Source: Lytechinus pictus
Lineage: Eukaryota
Length of the DNA stretch: 60,000 nucleotides
Assembly: GCF_037042905.1 (NCBI RefSeq)
Contig: NC_087246.1
Location: 3,846,001 to 3,906,000 of the forward strand
Reading direction: 5' to 3'
In this document: in pieces, positions 27,030-39,473 of the stretch
How the letters are laid out: each line of letters begins with the position of its first letter
Numbering within the stretch: the first letter of the stretch is position 1
Translations under genes and position numbers: made by a program
Notes under the pieces: generated by a model
The model's input: the letters and a program-made list of their open reading frames with translations, nothing else
What the model was told of the DNA's origin: nothing
Database searches by the model: none

Positions 27030-27530
27030 CTAAATGATCAATGCTTTTGGCCTAGTTACTTGAAATTACATTCATCCATGTGCTGATACTTGATAACCAT
27101 TATATGAAAGTTTTAAGAAATACTAGGGATTTATATCATCTTAAAAATTCAGCTCATGGTCAAATTTCATTTAACCTGACTGACCTAAATCATGTTACTT
27201 GAAACTCAAGCAAGATGATCAGTGATAGTAGATTACCCTTATGCCCAAGTTTCATGAAGTTACACTGACATTTCAAAAACTTGACCTTGGTTAAGATTTT
27301 TCAATGTTGATACCCTAACATGGTTAATGTTTATTGACCCCAAATGACTTTTGACCTTGGATCATGTGACCTGAAACTAATTCAAGAAGATTAATAATAA
27401 TATACTTAAGATACTTAATACCCTTAATTCCAGGTTTCATGACCAGGTCCATATTTTTCCAAGTTATGAAGACATTTAATAAACTTAACCTTGGTTAAGA
27501 TTTTAATAACGATGTTGCCGCCTCTGCTAT
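27030..27530 (-). mobile_element. degenerate HINE-like element with tandem core repeats
   Basis: Repeated CCAAGTTTCATG, AACTTAACCTTGGTTAAGATTT, TTTGACCTTGG; reverse complement of the 11082-11440 core. Confidence 0.6.
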
Positions 27531-27613
27531 TTGAAAATATCGGAGATCTTTGAAACCAATTTACAATATTTTAATCACGAAGTAAAGAATGCCTTGAAAA
27601 AAAGGCTAGAATA

Positions 27614-30195
27614 CAAACATGCTAGAAATATAAACATACAGGGATAAATTATAAGGGGGCTTGGATGATTTAGCCCCTGAAAAGCTCAATAGAGCCCCTG
27701 AAATGAAAAAAAATCCCATTTATTGCAATGTTAAAGCTAATCCAATGCAGCAGATTGAGACAGTGGGTTGTGAAAAGTAGCCCAAGAAAAAAAATAATAC
27801 AAATATTTGCCTGTAAACATGTGGCAAATATACATTCACTGTAGTCTAGAGTCTTGACTTTAGATAAACAAGGTGCATGTAAACTCTGCATAAATATATC
27901 TTAGAAAGTTAAGTATTTGTAACAAAAAAATGAATCCTTCAAAATTGCTGTTGATCATTTACGGAAACATGTTCATATAACATGGATATGATAATTAGAA
28001 ATTCATTGGAATATCTGCATAAAAAATATCACTTTAAAATACCTCTATTCTCACTGGCAAAGAAAAATTAACCTTTTTTAATACTATACAGTGCGTCCCA
28101 GAAAAAACGAAACCGAGATTTAGCAATGATTTATCATAACTTAATCATAAATACAATAGACAAATGACCTACCAATGTAAAGCTTCGAATCTCCTCTTTC
28201 ATCTGATATTACTTAGATTATTCCCCATTCACGCATGAGTGAGCAAAAACAATTTGAAAAAATTATACAAAAAACCCATTTGGCGGGGGTATCAAAAAGA
28301 AAATCGCATGCCTAAAAAGTAAAAAATCTGCTCTTTTATTTGATACCTTAATCACATAAAATGGTCAAGAAGTCAAAAAGTTATGTTCCCTCGAAAAAAT
28401 GCTTGTATTTCCATAATTTCATTAAATAAACGTGTCTTCACCGGTTTCCCACAGAAGCTATCGCACGGTTAACAAAAGACTTAATGCATGGCTGATCGTC
28501 AACAAAACGGAGAGTCGAGTGAGTTTGAACGCTCGTCTGTAAAACCTCTTCATTTCATGAAATGATTGAAATTCAAGCCTTATTTCTAATAACCAGAACT
28601 TTGTTATTTCTTGACCATTTTCTGTAATTGAGGTATCAAATTAAAGAGCAGATATTGAACTTTTAAAAATGTGGTTTTCTTTTGGAAATCCAGATACAGC
28701 CCGCCATGTGACTTTTTGGTATCCCCTCTTCAAATTGTTTTTGCTCACTCATGCGTGAATGAGAAATAATTTAAGTAATTTCAGATGAAAGAGGAGATTC
28801 TAAGCTTTACAATGGTAGGTCATTTGTGGATTGTTTTTGCGATTAATTTATGAAAAATCATCGCTAAATCTCGGTTTCATTTTTTCTGGGACGCACTGTA
28901 TATTACTGTTATCATATATCAAAATATAGGCAGCACACAAATCTTGTCCTAATTTCCTTATTTATTCATAATTGAATCCACTACATATATACAAACAGAT
29001 TTAAGAGGAAATTACATCTACACCTAGAGCATGTTATTGAGATTTAATTGAAAATATCTTATGTTTAGATTTCTTTCTCATTGTATGTACAATACAGAGA
29101 CTGAAATCTTACTTGAAAATATTTCTTTTCTTTTTTTTACATGTCTCTCTTCTAATTCTTCTACATCTTTGTTTATTTTTTTTCTTTCATCATTTTTCCC
29201 ATTTAACCATTTCTATTCTTCTACTTTGTAGCTTATTTTTTCTTTCTACCTTACCACCTTTCTTTTTTTCTTTCTTCTTTCCTTTATTTGTCTTTTTCAA
29301 TAAGGTAAAGATCAGTTTTGTAGTACAGTATACCTATTGATTCATCAAGTAAAGAATATTATAAATGATCCATCAATCAAATTCTAAAATGGCAGATAAA
29401 CTTCATAAACTCTATTCCTTCATCCTTAAACTAAGAAATACATTCCAAAGAGGAGTATACAAGTACCCTGTATCACAAAAGTGCTTGTTATTCAAACATG
29501 CTAGAAATAGAAACATACGCGGAAAAATTATATGGGGGCTTGGGCGATTTAGCCCCCGAAACGCTAGAGCCCTAAAAAATCCTCATTCATTGCCATGTTA
29601 AAGCTTATCCAAGGGCAATTAACCTTTTTATACTCTAAATTACTGTTGTAATCATATTTCAAAATATAGGCAGCACATAATTCTTGTCCTAATTTGCATA
29701 TTTGGACACAATTTAATCCACTACCCCACAAACAAATGTTATTGATATTTGAAAATATCTTATGGTTTGATTTCTTTCTCATTGTATGTACAATACAGAG
29801 ACAAAAATCTTTCTCGAAAATCTTTTTTTTTTTTCATGTCTCTCTTCTTCTAATTCTTCTACATCTTTTTTTTTTTTCTTTCATTTTTTCTCCTTTTTTA
29901 ACCTTATCTTTTCTCCTTCTTTGTAGCTTATTCATTTCTTTCTATTTTTCCACTTTTTTCCTTTATTCTTTCCTTTGTTTTTTTTTAATAATAAGGTAGA
30001 GATCAGATTAATAGGTACAGTAAAGTATCATATACCTATATGATTCATCAAATAAAGAAGATTATAAATGATCAATCAATCAAATTCTAAAAAGGCAGAT
30101 TGAAACCTATATAAACTCTATTCCTTCATCCTCAAACTGAGAAATACATTCCCAAGAGGGGTATCCCAGTACCCTGTTTCACAAAATTGCTTGTT
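27614..30195. repeat. tandem duplication of a unit of about 700 bp (copy 1 27614-29492 with insertions, copy 2 29493-30195)
   Basis: Both copies start CAAACATGCTAGAAATA and end ...AGTACCCTGT(A/T)TCACAAAA(G/T)TGCTTGTTA, and are collinear in between. Confidence 0.8.
28089..28898. mobile_element. Tc1/mariner-type MITE with long TIRs
   Basis: TA TSD; CAGTGCGTCCCAGAAAAAACGAAACCGAGATTTAGC...GCTAAATCTCGGTTTCATTTTTTCTGGGACGCACTG; inverted arms of about 300 bp. Confidence 0.92.
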
Positions 30196-30681
30196 AAGAT
30201 ATGAAAAACCTGACAAGCTAAGTTGTATATGGAATGCCAATTGAGATGCCTGAAATAATGTCCTAACTTTTCATGAAAAGAAGAATATATCTACACAACC
30301 AATATTTACACGACAATGATATGTACTTGCATTTAGAATAAAAATGAAAGAAAATTATGTTAAAGAGACTAAAACTGATTGACCTTATGACCTACAATAT
30401 TTAAGTTATCTGAATTTAATAATACCAATGTGCAAGATTGCAACATCCACACACAAAGTTACATTATGTAACCATAATTTTGGTTTACGAAAAAGCACCG
30501 GGCCCCCATTTCATAAAACATGTAATAAATATCAAACGTTAAATGCATACAACAAATCTAATATCATCCAATCAAAATACATGATTTTAGTAGACATTAA
30601 CAATTGCTGTTTAAACACTACCAATTACTGTTTAAAACAAGCTATATGAAAAGGGTACCAGGCGAAAGTTCCTGGACAGAA

Positions 30682-30966
30682 TCAATCCTGCTTTGTACTG
30701 ACTGAATCTTGCTTTGGGCTTTTCCCAAGTGCCTTGAAGAATCCACGGCAGAAAATGACGTACCATGATGTCTGGAGAGCCATCACTATTGCCATAGCTA
30801 TGTGGCACCCATAAGGAACACTTACTAAGACCTGAGAGAATGTTTGCTGCTTGTTGATAGCATAGATGACATACATTGCAGGCCAGAGAGCTACTCTCAC
30901 CAGGAAGAACATTATCAGGACAAGAAGGTTGTTGATACTGAACATCAATGAGGACCCATAACCATT
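30682..30966 (-). CDS. TLCD3: TLCD3 paralog 2 exon 5 (last coding)
   Basis: ttcttttag acceptor; overlaps ORF 30682-30948; TGA stop. Confidence 0.9.
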   Translation of the reverse strand, partial: NGYGSSLMFSINNLLVLIMFFLVRVALWPAMYVIYAINKQQTFSQVLVSVPYGCHIAMAIVMALQTSWYVIFCRGFFKALGKSPKQDSVSTKQD

Positions 30967-33900
30967 CTAAAAGAAAAGACAAGTATTGGTACAGTCCCAT
31001 TAAAATGTAAAGTTACTTCTCCCAGAAAACTACCCCTTTCAAGAATATTCAAGAATCAAAGCCTTAAATGGCTAGTATTGGAGAAATCAACCTGCTTATG
31101 TAATGTTATCATAATGTGTATTCTTGTGAAACTGTACTGTACATCATTTTAGGATAAGAGATTTGATAAGGGGGGTGTATGTCTTTTTCATTTGTTAGTA
31201 AAAAAATGCTGGAACTGATTAAGTCAAAGACACTGATAAGACCCTTCTCTTTAATCATCAAATGCTTTAAGCATTGTTTATCTAAGTCGAAGCAATGTCA
31301 TAACTCACGATAGATCTGGTGAAGGAATTAACATAATTTTCAACTTTAGCTCAGTTGACATTGTAGTGAATGAGAAATCCTATTAGTAACATAAATTGAT
31401 CTGATTAAAAGTTAATGCTACATTTTGCTTAAACTAGTTCATGACTTTGAAATATTTGTGTTTAGCATAACCCCCACCAAGTGATATCATATGAATGGAA
31501 TTGAAATTGATTGACAAATCAATGAGATGCATTTTGGTGATTTTGAAATAGATTTTCACATAAATAGCATGATTTTCCAATAAAACTATTTTGAATTCTG
31601 TGTAAAAGTTTGATATTACCTCATGCAGCTCTACCAGATGGAAAACAAAAATTAGTCAGCAAATAAAGACGCATCTTATAGTGACTTTTGAAAATTGAAA
31701 AATGCAAATAAATTGGCATATTTAATGAGTTTCAAAATTCTGTGTACAGGGTATGAATCCTCTACATAATACTATTATATAAGGCAAACAAAATCGAAAT
31801 TGGACATGAAATGACAAATAAGCACAAGCTCCTCTGGCCCTAAGTTAAGGCAGGATGAGCAAAAAATGAAACCAATAAGCCACAAAAAGATGATTACATT
31901 GGATACAGTATTTATACTCTTGAGTAGCATTTTTGGATATTGTTACTCTCTCGAGCATTCAAGGTTGAGTCATTCCAGTAGCACAATCTATCAAATACCC
32001 TGACATGGAATGCTAACAAGCTATTGAGTGACATCTCCTGGCTGGTAAACTCACTTCTTCTACAGAATTTGACTTTAAAGTATAAAATACTATAGGGTTT
32101 TTTGTTGTGTACTGTACCCACCTTGATAAGAATCTTTCTCAAGTTTACAAATGGTGTGCTGTATTCTGTCATGTAGACACATCCTACAATAAAGGTTCCT
32201 TTGTTGTGACGATAGCGCTGTTTTGAAAGGGAAGAGAGGAAAAGAGAGACAGGTACATTATCACATGGTAATAATCATTATAATAATAGCAGGATTAATA
32301 AAGTGCATTTTACTCTGAGGATACATACATGTAGAGCTGCTATATTACCCCGGCTTTAGCCGCACTGCCCATACGGGCGCCCAAATACATATCCCAATTC
32401 CCCCTCCTTTATGACAAAATCATTGTGCATTCATTTTATTTCAATCTTTTTTATGTTTAAAATCTACACATCCATCTAATAGAATATCAGATGAGTACGA
32501 ATCCGCAGCCCAACATATTTGTCTAGTTTTCAACTATTTACGACTTTTAGAAAAAAAAATCACTAGGCACAAACATATGGGCACAAGAGGGGAAAAATTA
32601 AACAGGGGGGAGGGGTTGGGCAATTTTGACACTGAAATGCCAGAGGGCCTTGGAAAAACAAAAAGGAGCCCTGGAAATCCCCATTCACAACAAGTTTATA
32701 GCTTATCCAGTATTGCAGATTTAGGTACATGTAATTAATAGGTTGTAGAGTAGCCCCCACAAATATAAAATGATTCAATCTCATTTTGTGATTAATTCTA
32801 ATTTAAGTTTAGCATTCTCTATGCAAATTATATATTGCCAAAACTTAATGAATGTCATCCAAAACATGGTCACACTATGGTACAAATTCGAAGCAAACTT
32901 ACATTAAGAATCCAAATGGTAACCCAATATGTTCTGATTCAAATTCAATTTCTTTTTCAATAATTTACAACATTGAGTGAAAAATTGCTTGGTTTAATAC
33001 ACATGATAATATCTGATTTAAATTATGTTCTTTTAATAGTGCTTAGTATGTAGATCATTAATAAGAACCTAAAGATATTACATCATTATTACAATGATCA
33101 CCATTATTACAGCAATTATCATTATCATCATCAGAATCATTATCATCACTTTTATGATATCATTACAAGTTTACTTACTAGTATAATGGGATAGCCCAGG
33201 AATGTGGAGATTGCATGATGAAAAACTTCCAATTTTGATGCTTTTATAAATGATGCCAATCTTGTGAAAAAGGGTTGATCTTGCTTGTTTCTTTCCCGTA
33301 TGTAGGCATGGTACATGGCATAAGTGTCGTATGGCATGTACGGATAGGCAAATGCAGCAAAGTAGTTTAACAGCCAGTGACTAATACATGGGGAGAAAAA
33401 AACAAGAACACACATGTAAATTGACAAATATCTTTGTGTCTCACAGCAGATAACCTCATCATATATGTGTTAAAACTACAGTAGATGGATTCTAACTTGA
33501 ATGCAGAATGGGAAAGGATGGGTGCACATCCATTAAAAGAAATATCAATTATCAATATTCTGTTATTCTTCTATAGAATCCACACATATCTTCCATTTAT
33601 GTTAATCCAATTAGTTTCCAAGAACTAATCTAAAATTTTATATCAACTACCCCTCCCCCCCATATCTTCCATTTATGTTAATCCAATTAGTTTCCAAGAA
33701 CTGATCTAAAACTTTATATCTACCTTTCTCCTACACGTACTTCACTGGCATGCAGATGGGGGCCATGTACCCCTCCCCCATCATTAAAAAAAAAGGAAAA
33801 CAGAAAGTCCAAAGAAACAGAAAAAATAGAGTAAAATATGACATTATTTTCTGATTATATCAAAACTTATCACAAAAATAGATTTTTGTATAAAAAAGAT

Positions 33901-36900
33901 CAAATGTTTTGCTTGCTAGCTTTGCTCGTTCACAGCTTTTTAGAAATTTTACCCCAATATGTATGTCATGTCTGGTTGCTTCAATGTTTACAGTTGCACA
34001 TTCAGCTCATTATGGTACTGATATACTTCTACATCTATCTTCATCATGACCATCGGCATCACAGACATACCCATCATCACAACAATTATACTTAGATGTA
34101 ACATCCTCATCCTCATCATCATCATCACGGGCGGCACCACCACTATAACAAAGATCATCTCCACCAGACTATCAAAATCATCAACCATTATAATGATAAA
34201 TTTTATACTCACTCATCTTGAATGATGTCTTTGTGTGTAGCCCTGACCGATATAGTTCCCACAGCCGCTGCTAAGATAGCATGAATAATAGACACCAGTC
34301 TGTTAAAAAAATGTAATTTTCAGATCATAATGAAAGTAGAAAGAAATTGCAGATACAGAATGTATCATAAAATATCCCTGTATTATTAGCAGTTGAAATA
34401 AGGTAATTTGTTTTACAGTAGATTTCAGAAAAGTGAGAAGGGATACACACTGTATACATATACATGTAATATATTAAGTTGGAGAATATTTTTTTAATTT
34501 CAGAATAAATCAATATTATTGTTTGAAAGCTTTACATTTTGTGATTTCTTTTAGGAATAAAGATATGCATAAGAAATCTGAGGTATTAATAGCTACCTGG
34601 GTTCAAGTAAATGTACTCTATCAAATTTTGGTACATTGAATTGCCATAATTTGACTCTTTTACTTTTAGGACAAAATGATAATACTGATGCTACTTGGAC
34701 ACCATGTTCATATAAGAGTGGTATACATACATGTACATGTAATTATGGTCAATAACTTCATTATAAATAGTACAAAATTTCTGGTAAAATGCATGGTCTT
34801 AATCCAAATGTAAAGCCTACAAACAATAAATGTATAGTGTAAGTACTAAGTAGTAAATTGATTCATGCTAAAATGTCACTATATGTGCCCCAACTTCATG
34901 GAAGACCTAATTGCATTTCAAACTTATCTAAATTACCTGAAATATTATCTTATCTCAAGCTGTATTTCACAAATGCATAAATGAAATCTCCAACATGATT
35001 TCTTTTTTCTACATAAAAATATAATTTAGGCAAACCCTAGATCTGTTTTTTTAATTAATCCACAAGCCTAAGCCTAGAAATTGATCCATGTGAACTGATC
35101 AATTTTCAATTATAAATATTTTGAGAGTATTGTAAGGGCACAAGAGAGTTTCAAACACTTTAATCTGTCTACAGCAATTTGCTATAGTTTTTAAGTTTTA
35201 TTTTTTTGTCTTTTAAAAGTAATTTTGAAGCAAAGAGCTAGGTCTCTGTTCCATCAGAACCTATTAGGAATTGAAAACTATAAGAATTTGAATTAATGTA
35301 CCAAAACCTAACCTGAATAAAGAGCCATATATACTTAGGTTTTAAGGTTATGGAAGGGCCTTTATACATTTTATTTAGAAGATTATTAAATTTTAGAAGT
35401 GAGTTTCCCTTACAAGTTCGGTTCAGTGGGTTATTAGGGAACCACTTGTTGATTTGTACAATTATATGGACTTTACTTTGACAAGTTTTTTGTTGCTTTA
35501 TGTTCTGTAAACTTGATAAGAACACTTTTGTTGCAGTTGAGTCTTTGAAGAACGTTAAGAACTGAATTTGAATAGAGGTGGGAATCATTCATGAACATGT
35601 TACCTTGTAAAGGAAAAACAAACAAATATTGAAGAACTCCTCCAAACAGACACATTTCAGCTGTCTAGACCAGGCCTACTGTCAGGGCTATCTGACATTA
35701 TTTTATGCATAAATGAGAAATAATCTAAGTAATTTCAGATGAAAGAGGAGATTCTAAGCTTTACATTGGTAGGTCATTTGACTATTGTATTCATGATTAA
35801 GTTTTGATAAATCATCGCTAAATCTCGGTTTCATTTTTTGTGGGACGCACTGTATAGCAAAACAAGTGGGATACATGTAGATTATTCAATAATAATTATA
35901 TTGCATAGAAACCATAAAAACTGTTGGTAAAACGCCTCAAAACAATTCATTTTGAAATAGTAAAATAATTGAATCGATAAAGATTTTGATGAATTCTATC
36001 TCTAATTTATTCATTCATTCATTTTGGTTTATTGTACAAATACTTCCTTGTTAAAACAGTGGGGAGACTGATACAAACAAAGATTACAGTGTAAACATAA
36101 ATTTCATAGTTACATAAGTGAAATGAAATAGTCAAATAATATAAAGTAACAATTAATTAATTGATGTTGGTATCTTGCACTTACAAGGTAATTATAGATG
36201 AGAGCATGTTACAAAATAAATTCCAAAGATATTTATAAATAAAAGTTATAATATGGTAATGATAACTGAAATACATGCACTAAATTCAATAAACAAATCT
36301 ATAAGTTGTGAAGAAGGTTGAGATTGGGATATAAAATTAAATCGCAAAGTGGAAGATTCACATTGAGAAATAAATATGGAATTATGTTTTTAAATATAAA
36401 TTTTAAGGCTAATGTAAGACATCTGACATACGGAAAATAAGGTAAAGAGCACTGTAAATTATATTTTTATAGATTATATCATTATTGTCACTGTATATAA
36501 AAATATCGTCACTACCGGTACATGTATTATTATGCTATATTACTATAATCATTACCATTTAACAGTTATCATTTGCATAGAGATCAATATCATTATCATA
36601 ATCATCAAACACATAAGTCATGAATAGCTAGATAAACTACATAATGTAGTATTATATTGCATCAGCATGTATATCCAATTGGCCTACGTTTGAGTTAGAT
36701 GTTATTCAAATTGATGAAAAGTGAAACAAGAAACATCTATATTTATGCATAGAATTTGTCGAATTGTATGTTTCGGTATCAAAAATTTAAACAATTTATG
36801 TAACACTATATTTTGATGTTTGGAATCATAAAAAAACGTATAGACCCTATTAAATGATCATTCTTTTACAAAGAATAATGATTTACTTCTGTAAACTATT

Positions 36901-38296
36901 AAAATTTGATATCCCGGGGGTACCGGTACCCATCTCAACTTCCACGCCTTCAAATGAATTATCCATAATTTGATTCTCTCAGCAATTGAATGCTCCATTA
37001 AGCATGTATGGTGCATATTGCCACTGTTTTTTTTTTTATTAAGTCTAGATTTATTTCCAACTCATCACAATATTTGCAGCTTAATGTAATTTTGCTCTTT
37101 GAAAATTATGCTTCTTTTGTGACTAAGGCAAGCTAAACCTAAGCCTAGGTTAGCCAAGATCGACTACGTCGTCTGCTTTTTCTAGACCGATAGTATCGAT
37201 ATTGAGGGATTCTAGTTAGGAAGCCCTTCGTGAAACAATTTAGTAAGATTGGAACTAAATCCGTGGTTGGTGGATAAAGATATGACTAACTTGTCCCGGG
37301 GTGGTATTCTGAAAATTGTCTTAACTTTACTTGTAACTCAGCAAGATAACAGCTCGCTAAAATTATCTTGAATCGGTATTCTGAAAATTGTCTTATCTCT
37401 GTAAGGACGTCCCCTATTTTAACTCTGACACACCCAATATTTCATCATCAACCAATCATTAATCATTATATGCTTAAGTCAACCAATAGAAGCATCTCTT
37501 CTGAAAAATAATGAAGCGCATTGTTGATATGAGGCGTAATTTCTTTGCGCCCCCGACGCTTATGCTTGTGTGCGCTTCTGTGCTAAAAATACACATGGCT
37601 CTTCTCAAAGACATATTTTCTCTGAAAAGATTTATCGTCTCGAACACCAATGTCTCCTTTTGTAAAACACGATGTTCTTGCGGGATGCAGCAAAAATAAT
37701 TATTGCAGACGGACAAATATCGCATGCAACAATAATATTATACTAATTACAATCAATAGCTCCCTACCTCTTGTAAATTTTCTTGTATTTTGCAAGGAAG
37801 TAAACAATGCAAAGATAAGAGAATTTTCAGAATACCTTTTATCTCGATATGTTATCTTGCGCAAAGGGATATTTATGCGCCGTTTTTAACTTTACGCATA
37901 ATTCTACTTCTAACAAGTCTAAGTTCTAGTTCTACTACTAGCTCTGACATCATCATTCATATTCATAGTTTCATAATCATCATAGTACATGTACGTTCGC
38001 GCTCAGCGAAAGTTACAAGAAAATTTACGAGAAAAGATACAAGAATTTTCGGAATACAGATTTTATTGTAACTCTAAAGATACAAGAATATTTCTCTTAA
38101 GACAATTGGATACGGCCTTATGAGAAAAGGGTCCCAGGCCCCCCGCCTGCCGCCCGACCTAACCTTACCGCATCGCAGATCCACAGGCCTTTGTGTCGGA
38201 AAGTACGAAAGACAGCAGAAACCATATCAAATGAAATGATGCTGGCCAGAAAATGCAGCCAATAATGAAATTTGTTGCGAGCGTATTTTGTTCCAT
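30682..38296 (-). CDS. TLCD3: TLC domain-containing protein, TLCD3/FAM57 family, paralog 2 (complete, 265 aa; exons 38296-38169, 34299-34213, 33380-33179, 32217-32122, 30966-30682)
   Basis: Five GT-AG exons total 798 nt in frame: MEQNTLATNFIIGCIFWPASFHLIWFLLSFVLSDTKACGSAMR / LVSIIHAILAAAVGTISVRATHKDIIQDD / HWLLNYFAAFAYPYMPYDTYAMY...VFHHAISTFLGYPIIL / RYRHNKGTFIVGCVYMTEYSTPFVNLRKILIK / NGYGSSLMFSINN...FFLVRVALWP...LQTSWY...STKQD*. Closely parallels FAM57A/B (HWL, PYMxYD, HH, ELSTPF). Confidence 0.92.
32122..32217 (-). CDS. TLCD3: TLCD3 paralog 2 exon 4 (96 nt)
   Basis: aacag acceptor, gtgggt donor; TEYSTPF. Confidence 0.9.
33179..33380 (-). CDS. TLCD3: TLCD3 paralog 2 exon 3 (202 nt)
   Basis: attag acceptor, gtaagt donor; HWL, PYMPYD, HH. 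Confidence 0.9.
33585..33720. repeat. 60-bp direct duplication
   Basis: CATATCTTCCATTTATGTTAATCCAATTAGTTTCCAAGAAC... at 33585 and 33661. Confidence 0.85.
34213..34299 (-). CDS. TLCD3: TLCD3 paralog 2 exon 2 (87 nt)
   Basis: ttttaacag acceptor, gtgagt donor; LVSIIHA. Confidence 0.9.
   Translation of the reverse strand, partial: TGVYYSCYLSSGCGNYIGQGYTQRHHSR
35705..35852. mobile_element. truncated end of the same Tc1/mariner MITE family
   Basis: Matches 28750-28898, ending GGGACGCACTG-TA. Confidence 0.85.
37298..38140. mobile_element. Harbinger-like MITE in intron 1 of TLCD3 paralog 2
   Basis: GGGGGTGGTATTCTGAAAATTGTCTTAA left end; repeated GTATTCTGAAAA / TTTTCAGAATAC; truncated right end TTAAGACAATT. 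Confidence 0.6.
38169..38296 (-). CDS. TLCD3: TLCD3 paralog 2 exon 1 (coding part, 128 nt)
   Basis: ATG at 38296, hydrophobic first TM segment, gtaagg donor, phase 2. Confidence 0.85.
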
Positions 38297-38800
38297 TCTT
38301 GAAATAACGGACGTTCACAGTTCTGACCCTTCTATTCGAGAACTTAATGATTGAAGTAATCTGACCTCGTCTTCGTCTCCGGCTCCGCGTTTCAGTTCTT
38401 TTTCACGACACTGCCTGCGCTGCGCTGCACTATACCTCGCAGCTTACATCTACGTACCGGTACCTAGTCTGCTATGCAGACTCTGAATGGCTCGTGAGGT
38501 GGGATCTACTGGTTTGCCTATGGGTATAAGTTAGTCTATATGATACAATAAATGCAGGTAAAACAAGAAAAGTAAAAAAAAACTACTTTATAATAAGAAA
38601 AATGAAAGTAATAGCATGATCCATGGTAAGAGCTAGCATTAGCAAAAAAACCCACAAAAACTAATAAATTGATTTGCATATTGATCACATATTCAATCCG
38701 AAAATGTAGTACCGGTACGGGCTGAATTCATCGATCTGAAGACTGAACTTCTGACTGAAGTACCGTACCGTACCGCGCCTCACAGTCTGGTAATAATTGA
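38297..38800. promoter_or_regulatory. putative promoter of TLCD3 paralog 2, possibly bidirectional with SGF29
   Basis: CpG-rich island directly upstream of ATG 38296; candidate + strand donor CAG/GTAAAA at 38557/38558. Confidence 0.45.
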
Positions 38801-39289
38801 ACCTCAAACTTGTTAATTCAGGATTACAAATTCTACTTGCTGATTATTAAATACTTTTCATCTATTGTTACGTTTTGATGTATTTTGAATATTGGTCAAT
38901 GCCGTAATTAGCCAATATCTTCCCTTAAAGGAGTTGAAATTGTAGTTAAGTCCCATGTATTGAAGTTCATGTAGGCCTAGGCCTATTATTTTTATTAACT
39001 AACGTCAGTGCATTGTCCTGATTGTGCTGCAAGAGGAGCCGGTCTGAAAATGAGGATTGTCCGTGGTGTGTAATGATTTCTTCACACAAGAAGTCTAGGA
39101 AACTTCATTCACCCGCCAAGTACAGCACATTGCAGTGGCTGACCAGGCAACAGTGACACCAATCGTTGGGAGGATCTGTGAAACCCCCGTGCCGAGCACT
39201 AATTAAAAATAATGTCGGATATCGCTAAATTTGCATACCCAATGGGAAAAAATTGAGAAAAAAAGGGAGAGGGGTGAAAAATGGAAGAG

Positions 39290-39345
39290 AAAAAGATGAA
39301 AGATAAAAAGATGAAAGATAAAAAGATGAAAGATAAAAAGATAAG
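39290..39345. repeat. 15-bp tandem repeat (AGATAAAAAGATGAA)n
   Basis: About 3.5 copies visible. Confidence 0.8.
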
Positions 39346-39473
39346 AACTTAAAGAAGAGGAAGAAGGATAAAAGGAGTAAAAAAAAAGAAATAGGAAAAA
39401 CGGGACAAAGTGAAAGAGGTTACAAAAAGTGGATTATCGTGAAATAAGTTACCTCTCTTCTCGTTTGTGTCGG

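Noticed and set aside
38118..38318. Listed 66-aa minus-strand ORF
   Set aside because: Wrong frame; the real exon starts at ATG 38296 in another frame and splices at 38169
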